The position numbers and the translations under genes are program-made. DNA of 64,000 nucleotides from Octopus vulgaris (taxonomy: Eukaryota): contig OX597818.1 of NCBI GenBank assembly GCA_951406725.2, positions 11,470,001 through 11,534,000 on the forward strand, read 5' to 3'. The notes beneath the pieces were generated by a model. It saw nothing but the letters and a program-made list of their open reading frames with translations, searched no databases and was not told the DNA's origin. Of the stretch, positions 13,260 to 26,600 are shown in pieces (within the stretch, counting starts at the first letter, position 1; each line of letters opens with the position of its first letter).

Positions 13260-14180
13260 ACAATCCACAGGTCAGGAAATCCATCTGCTGCCAACACTTT
13301 GCTCCATCATAGTATCAGAATGCCATTGTTTATGATGTGTAAGCAGACACCTGTAGAAATTTTTGGCCCTCTGCAACAATGATGACAACATCAAAAACAA
13401 AAAGGGAGCTTGTTTTCATGCTCTTCATGTGACATGTCTTTCTGACATCTCTGAAAGACTAGACTGAGTAATCTTTTCTGAAGAACTTTCGAGTCAGTGA
13501 CCATGGATCTAAAGATCCTTAGCATAGTAGTGCTGGTGGGGGGGATTAACTGTTCAAAACAAGCTCTATTAGCATGGAAGTACCAACAATTGAACCTATC
13601 CAAAATGCATGCAGGTCACCAAAACTGTCCTGTGTGTTATTGTTTAGTGTCTATGCATTACCAATTTGTTGGTTTATATTAAACAGCTTTTGCCACATGT
13701 AGGATGAATCTAGCCATCAAACAAGTCTCTAGTCAGAATTGACATACCACCTTCATTTGGCAGGGAAGCTTGGTTCACCTTCCTCTCTTTGCTGGCTATG
13801 GCAAAGGAAGTGATGTGGTGGACTTACTTGAATGGCATGAAGGACAGATATTTCCTCTTGGGCTAAACTCTCATCAACTTCTTATCATATAAAGAGAGTG
13901 TTGGTAGAGACAGAGGTGCTGCATTCTAGTGTCTTGAACAAAACATGAGTATGAGTGGTGAGATTGGCAAGGCTGCCTGGGCCTACCTTAAGTATGCTTT
14001 TCTAAGTAGAAGACAAGAAACAGGGAGAAGGTACTTTTGATGCCTTAGTTGTGATGAAGTAACTTGGGTTTTTCTATTTTTGAATTATCCAAGATGGTGT
14101 TTCCTTTTATTGATGAACTTTTCTTGTGATTCTTTATAGTTAAACATTTTCTTGAAATATTTTTTCACACTCTGTAAGCC
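13260..14180 (+). mobile_element. Degraded L1/Tx1-like LINE 3' region
   Basis: Fragmentary translation LFAGYG/AMAKEVMWWTYL...LINFL resembles L1/Tx1 ORF2 C-termini; many stops and frameshifts. Confidence 0.5.
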
Positions 14181-14259
14181 CCATTTTTTTTTTGTGTGTA
14201 TTTGATTTTTATTTTTGTCTTGTTCTCAATGTCTTGGGGCCTTTGTGGCTAATGAAAGA

Positions 14260-17010
14260 AATTATTGGCAGAATCACTAGAGCATCAGACAAAATGCTTA
14301 GTGGCATTTCTTCCAACTCTTTGCATTCTACACTCAAATCCTTCCAAGGTCAACTTTGCCTTTCATCACTTAAGTAGATAAAATAAGGACCGGTTGAGCA
14401 CTGGGGTCAATATAATCAACTTGCCCCTTGCACTAAAATTGTTGCCTTTCACCAAGATTTGAAACTATTATCATTATTAAGGTGACAAACTAGCAGGATC
14501 ATTAGCACTCCAAGCAAAATGCTTTACAGCATTTCATCCATTTTTACGTTCTGAGTTCAAATTCTGCTGAGGTAAACTTCACCTTTCATCCTTTCAGGGT
14601 TGATAAAATGAGTACCAATCAAGTACTAGCTTGATGAAATCAACTGGCTCCCTTCTTGAAAATTGCAGGCCTTGTATTTATTGTAGAAAGAATTATTATT
14701 ATCATCGTCGTCGTCGTTATTGTTATTGGAAGTTGGCAGAATCATTAGCACGCCAAACAAAATGCTCAGTGGCATTTTGTTCCTCTTTATGTTCTGGGTT
14801 CAAATTCTGCCAAGGTTGGCTTTGACTTTCATCTTTTTAGGGTCAATGAAATAATTACTGGTCAAGCACTGGGGTCAATGTAATTGATTTACCCACTCTC
14901 TTGAAATCATTGGCCTTGAGCCAAAATGTGAAACCATTATTATAATTGTCATATAAAAACAAAATCAAAAGAAAGAAGTATTATTATTGTTATTATTGTT
15001 GAGGGCAGTGAATTGGAAGAATTGTTAAAGCTTCAGAAAAACAACTTTGCTGTATTTCTTCCAGCAGTTTATGTTGTGAGTTCAAATCCTACTGAGGTCA
15101 ACTTTTCCTTTCATTCTTTCAGGATCAATAAAATAATTTACAATGGTATCAACTAATCTCCTTCTCTCAAATGTAGAGTGTCTGTATTCACATTATTTTC
15201 AATTAATTATACATTATCTTGCAGCTTTGAGATTTTGATAATGTAATTGTTTACTTTTAGAATGACATTGTATGTTAGGTGTGACTTGCCGGATCTGGTC
15301 AGTTTGAACATAAAACAGGTGGAATATTTGGGCCGAATATGGCCAGTTTGAATTCTGAAGAGTTAAATCATATGAAAGAATTGTGTTGTGACCCCCTTTG
15401 GTCATGAATGACCATGGGATTGCACCTAGAAAGTTACCTTCCGAGGCACAAGTCTGGGCAAGGTTGTTTATGGAAGACCAGCAGTCGCCCAAGCATACCA
15501 GCCTCCCCTGTCCATGCCACCGGTGTTATCCAAGGGAAAGGCAAAGGCCGATACAGCTTGGCACCAATGACGTTGCAGCTCATTTATTAATGTGCAAGTG
15601 ACTCAGCATTCCACAGACATGTATACTCTTAATGTAGTTCTCGGGGAGATTCAGCATGACACAGAGTGTGACAAGGCTGGTGCCTTTGAAATACAGGTAC
15701 AACAGAAACAGGAAGAGGGAGAGAAATTTGTGGTGAAAGAGTACAGCAGGGTTCATCACCACCCCCTGCCAGAGCCTTGTGGAGCTTTAGGTGTTTTTGC
15801 TCAATAAACACTCACAATGCCCAGTCTGGGAATCAAAACCGCAATCCTATGACTGCAAGTCTGCTGCCCTAACCACTGAAAGAATACTTAGCAGTATTTA
15901 TTCCAAATCTTAAACATTATGAGTTTAAATTCCACCAGAGTCAACGTTATACTTTTTGGGGTTTGACAAAATAAAGTACTGATCAACTACTGGAATCAGT
16001 GGCATCAATTTAGCTCCTTCTCCCAAAAATTGGTGGCCTTTTACCCAAGTCAGAAACCATAATTAATAATTTAGATGTTCCTAAGGTGGCAATCTGGTAG
16101 AATCATTAGTATGCCAGGCAAAATGCTTAATGGTGTTTTGTCCATCCTTATATTCTGAGTTGAAATTCCACTGAAGTCGACTTTGTCTTTCATCCTTTTG
16201 GATAAAATAAATACCAGTTGAGTACTGATGTTGATATAATCAACTTATTCCCTCCCACAAAAGTTGCTGGTCTTATGCCAAAATTTGAAACCAATACTTT
16301 TGATATTTCTCTTGTTCTTGTTATTGTTTTTATAAAGGACAGTGTAGGTTGGTGAATTGGCAGAACCATAGAACACCAAAGACGATGCCTGGCACCACTT
16401 GTTCTGGCTCTTTATGTTCTGAGTTGAAATCATTTTTAAGATCAACTTTACCTTTCATCCTTTCGGGGTCAATAAAACAAAATATCAGTCATGTACTGAG
16501 GTCAATATAATCAGCTAACCCTTCCCATTCAAATTTCTGGCATTGTGTCAGTATTATAAAAAATAATTGTTATGGATACTTTGTAGGGAGTAGACTGGCA
16601 GAAATGTTATGACATAAAATAAACAGTGCCTTGTGGTATTTTTTCAGCCCTTTCCACTCTGAGTATATATCTTGTTAAGGGTATCTTTGCCTTTCATCTT
16701 TTTAGGGTCAATAAAATAAAGCATAAAGTATAGTCAATTTAATCGATTATAATGATCCCACCCAACCACCATATTTGGTACCTTATGCCCATGTAAGAAA
16801 GTTTTATTATTATTATTATTTCATATTAATGTAGTAGAGTGTCAGACATACATTATTTAGCTTTGGCCTTCTTGTCTAGGAATTCAATTCCTGCCAAAGT
16901 TAACTTTGATCCCCCATCCCCTTCTCCCAACAGACTCCCATAAGGCACCAATAATGAACTGGAATTTATTTATTCAAGTAATTTATATCCATTTACTATG
17001 CAAATTTCTG
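14260..17010 (+). mobile_element. Head-to-tail array of ~9 Meta-domain SINEs, interrupted by a MITE and another SINE
   Basis: Repeated ~220-bp unit ggcagaatcattag...ctgagttcaaattc...ctttgcctttcatcc..ggggtcaataaaataagtacc...(ATT)n, all on +. Confidence 0.85.
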
Positions 17011-17262
17011 TCAATTTGAGGAATTATTAATTAATGAGATTTGTAAGAAATTAACATTTAATGCCTCATTATTTTACATGATCGTCACATTCAGTTATTT
17101 CATTATGATTTCATTATTGATTTATTATTATTATTTCTATTATTATTATTTGTAAATTTTATAATTGGTTTGTTTTTAAGATTTTTATTCTTTTCAATTA
17201 TTGTTACAGTTATTTTTATTATTTTCTTTCTTTTTTTTTTCTATTCTCCCCTCCTCTTTCAG

Positions 17263-17540
17263 TTGCAGACCTCCCCGCTTGTAACAAACCTACCTACCCC
17301 ACTCCTTCCAATCCAAACACCAACACCAGCCCCCACGGAAAAGGTCACTCTACAACTCCATCGTCCATCACTTCAGGGAAAGCTAAGACAACAGCTGCAA
17401 CTGAAGCTGCAGATGTTGATGCTGCTGTAGTTGATTGTAGCGTATCATCAATGGGGTCAACCATACCCAATATTCGAGGTGGCAATGACAATGATGCTAC
17501 TCAGACATCAGAGATAAACTGCTTCAATTCAAAGCACACT
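17263..17540 (+). CDS. robo: Robo-like receptor, penultimate coding exon (S/T/P-rich)
   Basis: Long polypyrimidine tract plus tttcAG (17261-17262), donor GTgagt (17541); phase 1 in, phase 0 out. Open frame (V)ADLPACNKPTYPTPSNPNTNTSPHGKGHSTTPSS...QTSEINCFNSKHT. Confidence 0.8.
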
Positions 17541-18699
17541 GTGAGTATATTGCCTCTTGAAAACTGAGCGGAAAGCATTCGCATTAAAGCCCTATTCATT
17601 CACTGGTCCATTCAACCTATCCCCTCTCGTATTCTGTATCTCACATCACACTATCTTGCTTCATTCTTTGCACTCATGGCTGTGACTCTCTTGACACCAT
17701 TGCCTTCTTGTGCGTTATTCTCACTCAAGCTGTCTTTGTACACTTTACTTCTCTTGCACATGTCGCTAGCTACAAAAAACGCCTTTATACAGATTATTAT
17801 TATTATTATTATTATTATTATGATTATTATTGTTGTTATTATTATTATTGTTACTACTACTGCCACTACTACTGATCCCAGAAGATTAAATGGCAAGCTC
17901 TATTGTAAGTAGGATTTAAGCTCTGAGCATATAGGGATATAACTTGCAAACTGTCTTGCAGTATTTAGTTGTGTTCCTATATTTTCTGAGATCAAACCTT
18001 GCTGAACTCAACTTTGCCAGTCAACCTTCTAGGTTCAATGAAATTAGTACCAATAACAGACTGATATTCAATAAATCAGCTATCCTATCTCACAAAATTT
18101 GTGGCATTGTGCTTAATTTTTAAATAATTTTTTTTTATTATATGTCTGTCTCTATTTGTATGTATGTGTATGCAAGTATGTATTTATTAAATGCAAGTAA
18201 AACGCCAGAAAAGTTATTGCTTAATCTGTGTATAGATGCTGCTTCTTTTTATAAATGAGAGGACTTTATTGAGTACCAGACACCTGTATACTTGTTAGTA
18301 ATTATTTCAAATATAAATGAACACTTCCATAAACACAAATTGACCTAAGGTTAACCAATAGCATGGGCAATATAACTAAACAGAGAACTGAATTTTATTT
18401 CAAACGTTTACTAAAATAAATAGGTCGATGAAGCGTTACAAACACCCATTTACAAAAAGAACAAACAGCTTCAACAGATATGCTTAGTTTAAAGTGAGAA
18501 TAGTTTAAACTATTCTTAGTTTAAATTTGCTTCTATAGCCCTCTGCATACCACTTTAAAAGAGCGACCATGTGAATCAGAAACGCTAATTCTTTAGACAG
18601 TATGCTTATATCAGGAATGAGCTGTCATTGACCTGCTCGATACTTGGTCATATGCATTACTATAGGTCTATCAGCAAAAGCAAAATGGGCGTTAGCTAT

Positions 18700-18865
18700 G
18701 CTTTCAATTATAGCTTAAAGGTAATTATTTTCTGAGATTTTAAAAGATTAAAGGGTCATTATAATCACTGATTCCGTCGAAGTTGGTGTTGACATATGAA
18801 GAGTGAGCTTAGAACATGCAGACACTAAACAAAAAACATAACCTCCTTCTTTGGCGGAGGTAATA
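18700..18865. mobile_element. Helentron/HINE-like non-autonomous element end
   Basis: Terminal stem-loop aacataACCTCCttctttggcGGAGGTaata, typical of this element class; the other end was not located. Confidence 0.45.
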
Positions 18866-21800
18866 AAGCTAAATTCTAAATATATATATATATATATATA
18901 TAAATATATATTCAAGGGAAATAACTCATAATCGAAGTTTTTATTGAGTTATTTCCCTTCATTTTCCGCTTTGTTTTGATTTGGCAGCGCGCATTTTTAA
19001 CGCTGTGTACGAAGCAATGTATTTAGACTAAATAAACAGAATTCATCGAGTAATTATCTGCTTTCAACTTGTCTTACATGTTTCCAATCAAGACACGATA
19101 GTTTGTTATATAATTTTTTTTTCATCGTCATAAAGATTCCGATTTATACGGAAAAAGCATACTTAAAGTCGCCCACATTCACGTTTTCATCTTATATAGT
19201 AAAATCAAGCTGCATTAGAATTTCAGATTCTAAATTTCTTTGCTGTCCATTTTCGTCAGAGTAGATCAGAAGATAAAAAAGAATTCTTTTGGGTAAATTT
19301 AAATCTATTTAAGCAGCAAGGTCGGAGGAGTAGAGCAACATAGCGCTAGATTCATAATGTTAAGGGGATTAGGGATAAATCTGTTTGTCTTGAAGTAATC
19401 CGTAACATTTTGCTTATTTGTAAGTAATACTCCACGTAGCATCTTGGACCATTGAACTAGACAATTTTAATGTAACTCTACCATTCTAGCTGAACGCTCA
19501 TCAATTATAAAATGAAATATCACTAATTATTAGCCTCTTCGTGACCCTAGTTCTAACAAGAATACATTGTCCAGTGTGTTTATCTTTCCAGAAGAGAAAT
19601 CGCCTAATTTAGGCACAGATTCAGTAATTTGGGGGAAATGAGATTAATCAAGTACATCAATGTCAACAATTGACTGGTACTTTATTTTATCAATGATAAA
19701 AGGCAAAGTTGACCTCAGCTGAATTTGAACTCAGAATGTAAAGAACTGAATCAAATACCTCACAGTATTTACTCAAAGCTCTAACAAGGATTTAGTGAAA
19801 TAGCACATGCTTTTTACTTGATGAATTAAGTTGGTGTTTTAAATGCATCTTACTGCTTACCCATGTAGTATCTTTTAGTGCAGTGGTTTTGAAACTGACA
19901 AATCCCCACTCAAAAAAAATTAGTGAAATTTTTTCGTCCCCATTCTTTATTAATAAGATGACAAGATAGTGTTTGCACCCAATATATTTCTTCTTTCTTT
20001 GCCAGTGCAGGGCAAGTTTAAAATCAACCTAATTTTATTAAATATGTTAATCTGCCTTCTTTTCAATGTGAGAAACACTACTTTAGTATCATGCAAAGAT
20101 CTGAGGTTTGCTGCTCATGCAAATGAAACACCCATGAGTTTTATGTATAAAGACACACACCACCACCACCACTTAAATCCACTTTTCTATGCTTGCATGG
20201 ATCAGATGGAATTTGTTGAAGCAGATTTTCAGCAACTCTCTGTTTCCAACCCTCACCTATTTCCAAGTGAAGTAATAGTTTCCCCTGGAAGACTCAAAAT
20301 AAACAACATTGCTTGTGTAACATTTACAATCATCACATGATGTCAAAATAAGGGTACTCATAAACACATAAGGCTTTGGTCATCCAGGAGATTTTGTAGA
20401 AAATGCTTGTCCAAGATGATGCACGGTGGGACTGAACATAAAACTATATGTTTAGAAAGCAAGTTTCTTAATCACACAGCTATATCTGCACCAATTGTCA
20501 TGCTTCGCTGCTATATTTGTGACCATATTTCTGATGTGAATACACTACTCTCTATATTTTTATTTTCAAAATAGCTAATAATAATAAAAGATCTAGGGAA
20601 CTTACAAACTGTGGTGTACAAACTCTCAATGCTTAAAATATTAGAAGTTATAGCTTTGAAACAATGAATTAAAAATAGCTTCAATATTTGGAAATGCATG
20701 CCAAAACTATGTACTTAAGAATGCAGTACTGTAAGAAGAAAATTTTATGCTTGAATAAATGCTAATAAAGAATGAAGTTAATGAACGCAGATGTGTCCAT
20801 GATTCATAATGCGATTTATTATTTTGTATAGAATCTACTTGAAAATTTTTCTATTGAATTGAAATTTGTTTCTGCTGCTAAAAATCTGTTTCTAAAAGAC
20901 TAAAAAACCTTTCTATATTCTTTTGTAATCATATTTCTAATGAAATGTATTGTCAGTAAATTTTGAAAATAATTAAAATTTGGTTGAATTTAGAAAAATA
21001 ACAAAGTCTTTATTAATTTGGTGTTTTGAGCTTAACTTAAAATGTTATTACATAAAATTATATTTGACATTTTTTTAATTTAAAGAATTTTAAAACTGGA
21101 TGCTTTGCATAGTTTATGTCTTCTCTTCATAATCCAGTTTAATGTGATGAGTAATTTTAATCTTTATATAATGACATGTCATTAGGGTATAAGCTTATCT
21201 CAGATGGAAGTATATAGTTACTTTGGTCACGGGTACCTGTGGTCCCCACTTAGAACACATTACATGCGTACATCTTCTGCCTTCACACATGGGCATAGTT
21301 TACGAAAGTAACTTGTCATGTTGTTAAAACTAGTACAGAGTAGTCAGTTGTGTTAGCTGTTTAATTGTTTATGATATCCATTTCATCTTGGGTTAGGGAA
21401 GATGGTTAAATAAGGGAAGGTAAGAGGGGAATGAGCTGTAGAAGGGTGAATATGATCAAGTAGTTCAGCATTGAGGATCCGCTTATATGCCATACTTACC
21501 AGCATTTAAGATGCACTCTCACATAATACACATCCCTGCTTTACAAAAATATTTTGTAAAAAAAAAAGAAATTAAATGTTTCATCATACGCTTCCATAAT
21601 AGTTGCATTTGACACTTTGTGATTTTTTTGTTACATAAGAATAAAAAGAAAAGCATATCTTATCTGGTATATGTACGTGGATGTGTGATGGATTCTTCAG
21701 CCAATTTAAATGTTGTTCAATCAGTTGAACAACATACTTGTTGAATTAACATGCAAAACGACAGAGTATTCTTTAGACATATGTATCCCTTAAGTACAAT

Positions 21801-23522
21801 CAGTGTCACATATTTTGACAAAGCTGGACATATGAATGACAAGTACAGTCCATTCAACAGTCTTTTTATCCAATATCGCTCTCAAGCCTTGGGTCAAATT
21901 GAGGCTGTAATAAAGACATTTGCAGAGCATTCTACAGTGTTGGTATCAAACTTGGTGACTTCAAGGTTGTGGACTCTTCAAGCATTCAGCTATGCCTGTA
22001 GTGCACATTCACGTGTGTGTGTGTGTGTGTGTGTGCATGCGCACGTGCATATGTGTGTACACCAGGCATAGCTGAATATACAAACATATATGCATGTGTG
22101 TGTGAATATTGAAATCTTTGCATCTTCACATAAGACTATCTAAGCAAAAGAGTAATACATTTCCTGTGAACAACACATCATGTAGTCCTGTGTTTTCAAA
22201 GTCTTGTAGAGCAAGTAATCTCTTACATGAAAAACATGGTGATAGAAAAAATACCCAGCTGTTAAATACTGCCTTAAATTATTATCCATTAAACCCATGC
22301 CATTATGGAAAGTGGATGTAAAAGAGACAAATGATGTCTTTCTATGTATATGTACATATGTGTGTCTGTGTGTGCGTATGTATTTACATGTATGTGTATA
22401 TATGCATATGCCTGCTTTCAAAATAAGGAAGAACACAGTGGATAATATAGTCTTAGATACAAAAACAGCAATGTCATATAAGGATTGCCTTTGATCAAGG
22501 CTGATCTGAGGCTAAAATAATGACCTCAGCAACAGCCATTTTATCTCTTGTAAATCTAATAACCATTTGATAGAATATAAAACTGTTACCATATTTAGTT
22601 TATAATTTATTCAGCTTAACAATGATGAATACAGCTTTTAAATATTTTTTTACTGATATAAAAATGCTTAGCACTACTGATGAACATAAGCCACATTGAT
22701 TTACTATTACTAACTTTAACTATGGATGGATATCAAAGCCACAATGACAAATGCTAATAGCTTCATTATCAAATATTTCTTTTTTTTAATCCTTTAGTAT
22801 CCAGATTATTCTGTCAAAAAACAATGCTTATTTATTCACAATATCTTAAATTAATACTCTATTACCTTGTGGCTTTGAGATTTCAATGGCATGATTGTGT
22901 ATGTTTAGAATGACATTGTGGGGTAGATGTGAAAGGCTGGATCTGGCCAGTTTGAATATAAAACAAGTAGAATATTTGGGCTTGATGCAGCCATTTTAAA
23001 CTCTAAATGGTTAAATACTTCTATCTTTGAATACAGTTATTTTTATCTGTACAAACATTTATATTGACTGCAATGGGCATCTTTCAAACAATGTGAAATA
23101 TCATCAAACTTAGTAATGCACATTTTTTTTCTGAATGAGGTTAGTTTTGACTTCATTTGACACCAATTATTTAGTCAAACTGCTGGTAATGCAGATGACA
23201 ATATTTTAATCCATATTTCCTAATGTCCCACTCCTTGACTTGTTTAATGATAAGTACAAAAAATAATTTATTCTGGAAGTTGCTTTTTCACAATATACAA
23301 AGTAAAACTGTGAACTTTCACTCACATTTTTCCCACTTGCTATTCAGAGCAGTGCGATAAACCCCTCATCCTTCCATTCACTTTCTTTTTAATTGCCACT
23401 CATTCACTCTCTAGTTCTTGTTTTTCCAGTCCTCTCTTTCCACATTATTTATATCTTTAGCATCACAACAAGCAAAAATACTAAGCTCATTTTCATATAA
23501 GAATTATTATAATTATTACTTT

Positions 23523-23935
23523 AGGCGTATGAGTTGCTGTGTTGTAAGTAGCTTGCTTACAAACCACATGGTTCCAGGTTCAGTCCCACTGCGTGGCACC
23601 TTGGGCAAGTGTCTTCTACTCTAGCCTCGGGCTGACCAAAGCTTCGTGAGTAAATTTGGTAGACGGAAACTGAAAGAAGCCCATCATATATATGTATATA
23701 TATATATATGTGTGTGTATATGTTTGTGTGTCTGTATTTGTCACCCCCAACATCGCTTGACAACCAATGCTGGTGTGTTTACATCCCCGTAATTTAGCGG
23801 TTTGGCAAAAGAGACCGATAGAATAAGTACTAGGCTTACAAAGAATAAGTCCTGGGGTCGTTTCACTCGACTAAAGGTGGTACTCCAGCATGGCCACGGT
23901 TACATGACTGAAACAAGTAAAAGAGAGTAAAGAGT
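23523..23935 (+). mobile_element. Near full-length tRNA-derived SINE with internal (TA/TG)n
   Basis: B-box ggttcagtccc, body ggcaccttgggcaagtgtctt, tail aaagagagtaaaagag; CpGs retained. Partial copies at 62430-62627 and 63240-64000. Confidence 0.85.
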
Positions 23936-23977
23936 ATTCTGATCATTATTATTAGTATTATTAGTAATGTTGTTAAG

Positions 23978-24430
23978 GCAGCAAGCTGGCAGAATCATTA
24001 GCACGCCAGGCAAAATGCTTAGCGGTATTTCATCTGCTGCAACATTCTGAGTTCAAATTCCGCCAAGGTTGACTTTGCCTTTCATCCTTTTGGGGTTGAT
24101 AAATTAAGTACCAGTTAAGTACTGGGGTCAATGTGATCGACTGTCGCCCTCCCACAAAATCCAGGCCTTATGCCTATAGTAGAAAGGATTATTAGTGTTG
24201 TTGTTATTGTTATTATTATTATTATGGCAGTGAGTTAGCAGAATTGTTTGTACATCAGAAATCATGTTTTTCAGCACTTCTGACTCTTTACATTCTGAGT
24301 TCAAATCCCACTGAGGTCAACTTTAACTTTTTTCCTTCTGAGGTTGATAAAAATATAGTATGAGTCAATGTAATCAACTTGCTCCCTCCCCTCAAAACTG
24401 CTGGCCTTGTGTCAAAATTTGAAAGAATAA
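23978..24430 (+). mobile_element. Two tandem Meta-domain SINEs
   Basis: Central domain gactttgcctttcatccttttggggttgataaattaagtaccag; (TTA)n linkers. Confidence 0.85.
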
Positions 24431-24546
24431 TTATTGTTATTGTTGTTATTTTTATCATTATTGATAAATATGTGTAATAATAATTGTGCTCTCTAATCTC
24501 TGTATTGTTTCATTATTGTAACTTTTACTTTTCTTTTGTTTTTCAG

Positions 24547-24561
24547 GAACCAGAAGTATAG
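24547..24561 (+). CDS. robo: Robo-like receptor, terminal coding exon (EPEV-stop)
   Basis: Strong T-rich acceptor ttttcAG (24545-24546); phase 0 gives GAA CCA GAA GTA TAG TAA (double stop), followed by UTR-like sequence. Confidence 0.7.
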   Translation, partial: EPEV

Positions 24562-25991
24562 TAAATGACCAAAATTAAATTCTTCTACTCCAGACCCTGA
24601 ATAATTTATCATAGAATCATCATTTTTAGTGGCCAATTAAGAATTTCTAAACATACATACATACATACATACACACAGACAAACAGATATATACTCACAC
24701 ACACATATGTATGTGAGTAAGCGTATGTGTTTACATGTGTGTACATGCAAGTATACTTGCATATGCCCATACATACACATGTGCATAAATAAACATACAC
24801 AACATATAAAACATACACATACCTATTTTTGGTGATGAGCTTTATATTTTCTTTTGCTAAGGTGTAAAGACTGCAATTCCAGCAATTCTTACAAATTTCA
24901 AAACCTTCCCCACTTCTCAATGCTTTAATTTGTAGATTTAAACATTTCTTTCCTCTTTTCTTTTCTTTTTTCAAGACCTTTGGGCTAAATGTTCGGTGAG
25001 GTGAGGTGGGGTAGGACGTGTGGTTGTGGTGGGCTTGGGTTAATTAATTTCTGAATGCTGTTACCAAAAATGGTTTCTCTCATATGAATAATACATTTTT
25101 TTCCAAAAATTATCCTTTCTATTTCTTCTTGTTTTGTTTTTTTTAATTTAAATTTAAAAAATTTTTTTACTGTGTTCTCTTTCTTTAAATTAGGTATTTC
25201 TCACACATCCCCCTCTACATCACTCCCTTGCCAACCCCTACTTCATTATTTTGTTTTCATTTTCTTTTCAATATTCACTGCCTGCATCTGAATTTTGAAG
25301 ATTCGTCTTCGCTCTTGCCCCCTGTACCTGCCTATATACCCACCCCATCCCTCACCCGGTCCCTATTGTCATAGATACCATATTATATTGGTATCAAATG
25401 TGCATGTGAAAAACAACAAACAATCCTTTAGATGTGCATGTATGTGTATAATGAGTGCAAGATAATGCTACATAAAGACAAACTACTACTGCTGCTGCTG
25501 CTGCTGAGCAGAAAAGAATCTCAAGATGGAGTTGCTCCCAAAAGTTTTTTTTTTTCTGGAACCCTTTCCTTAAAATTCCTTCCAAGAAACAATCTCTGAA
25601 TGACAACTTTAGAGTGTCAAAGCAGGCCAACATTCAGTGTAACTTGAGCAAAATGATTTCATAACAACAATAATAACAATAATTATAATAATTATAATGA
25701 TGATAATTATATTGATGATGATGGTGGTGATGATGATGATGGTGAGGATAATGTTGATGATGATGATGATGATGATTCATTATTGATGACAAGCAAACGG
25801 GAAAATGAAATGAACCAGAAAAATTTAATAAGAATGACAAAAAGGAAGAAACAAAAGAAAAAGAGATAAAAAGATTTTATAAATCTATTGTATTTTTCCT
25901 CCATGCTTCAGCTTTTTTAGCTGTAGATCCAACCAGTAAGATAGATATACCTAGTTCTTATTATATCTTGGTACATAAATAGATAGGTAGG

Positions 25992-26039
<48 letters not shown>

Positions 26040-26045
26040 CAGATT

Positions 26046-26083
<38 letters not shown>

Positions 26084-26409
26084 GAGGGAAAGAGACACAA
26101 GTATACATATATATGGCTGTATATATGTGTGCATATGAATATATGTGAATATATATATGCATTTGTTTGTGCGTGTATATATATATACACACAAATGGTG
26201 TGCAGCAAAAATCATCCTGCATTCACTATTCTTGAAAAATGATTCAAGTAGAAATGCATGGTGTGCACTAGTGCAAAGCATGATGGTAACTAAAAGAAAA
26301 AATAAATAACAGTAAAACTTTACCTACATGAAAACACCATTAGCAATGGTTTAACTTCAATGGCACTATACCAAAAACTGTAAAATATAAGAAATTTTTG
26401 TTGTACCTA

Positions 26410-26440
<31 letters not shown>

Positions 26441-26600
26441 GCATGCATGTACACACACACATATATATGCATATATATAAGCATATAATGTTTCAGGTAA
26501 GATCAAGTCACATTTGATTTTTTGGGAATCTTGTAGAACATATACAGGGCTTTGTTGGTATTTATACAAGATTATTCTTGGTTTGGCTTTGGATTCCTCA
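24562..26600 (+). other. Proximal 3'UTR of the Robo-like gene (3' end undetermined)
   Basis: Follows the stop codon; U/A-rich, free of SINEs, with simple repeats. The end coordinate is arbitrary (first degraded SINE). Confidence 0.45.
25981..26082. repeat. (GATA)n microsatellite
   Basis: Directly visible. Confidence 0.95.

Noticed and set aside
17170-17430. 86-aa ORF from the track
   Set aside because: Wrong frame; the splice-compatible frame of exon 17263-17540 is different and fully open.
23523-23610. tRNA gene
   Set aside because: The A/B boxes belong to a SINE head; no cloverleaf.
24547-24561. C-terminal EPEV as a PDZ-binding motif
   Set aside because: Pro at position -2 does not fit the canonical classes.
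25634-25840. Minus-strand poly-His ORF
   Set aside because: A (GAT/GGT)n microsatellite in the putative 3'UTR with no splice support.
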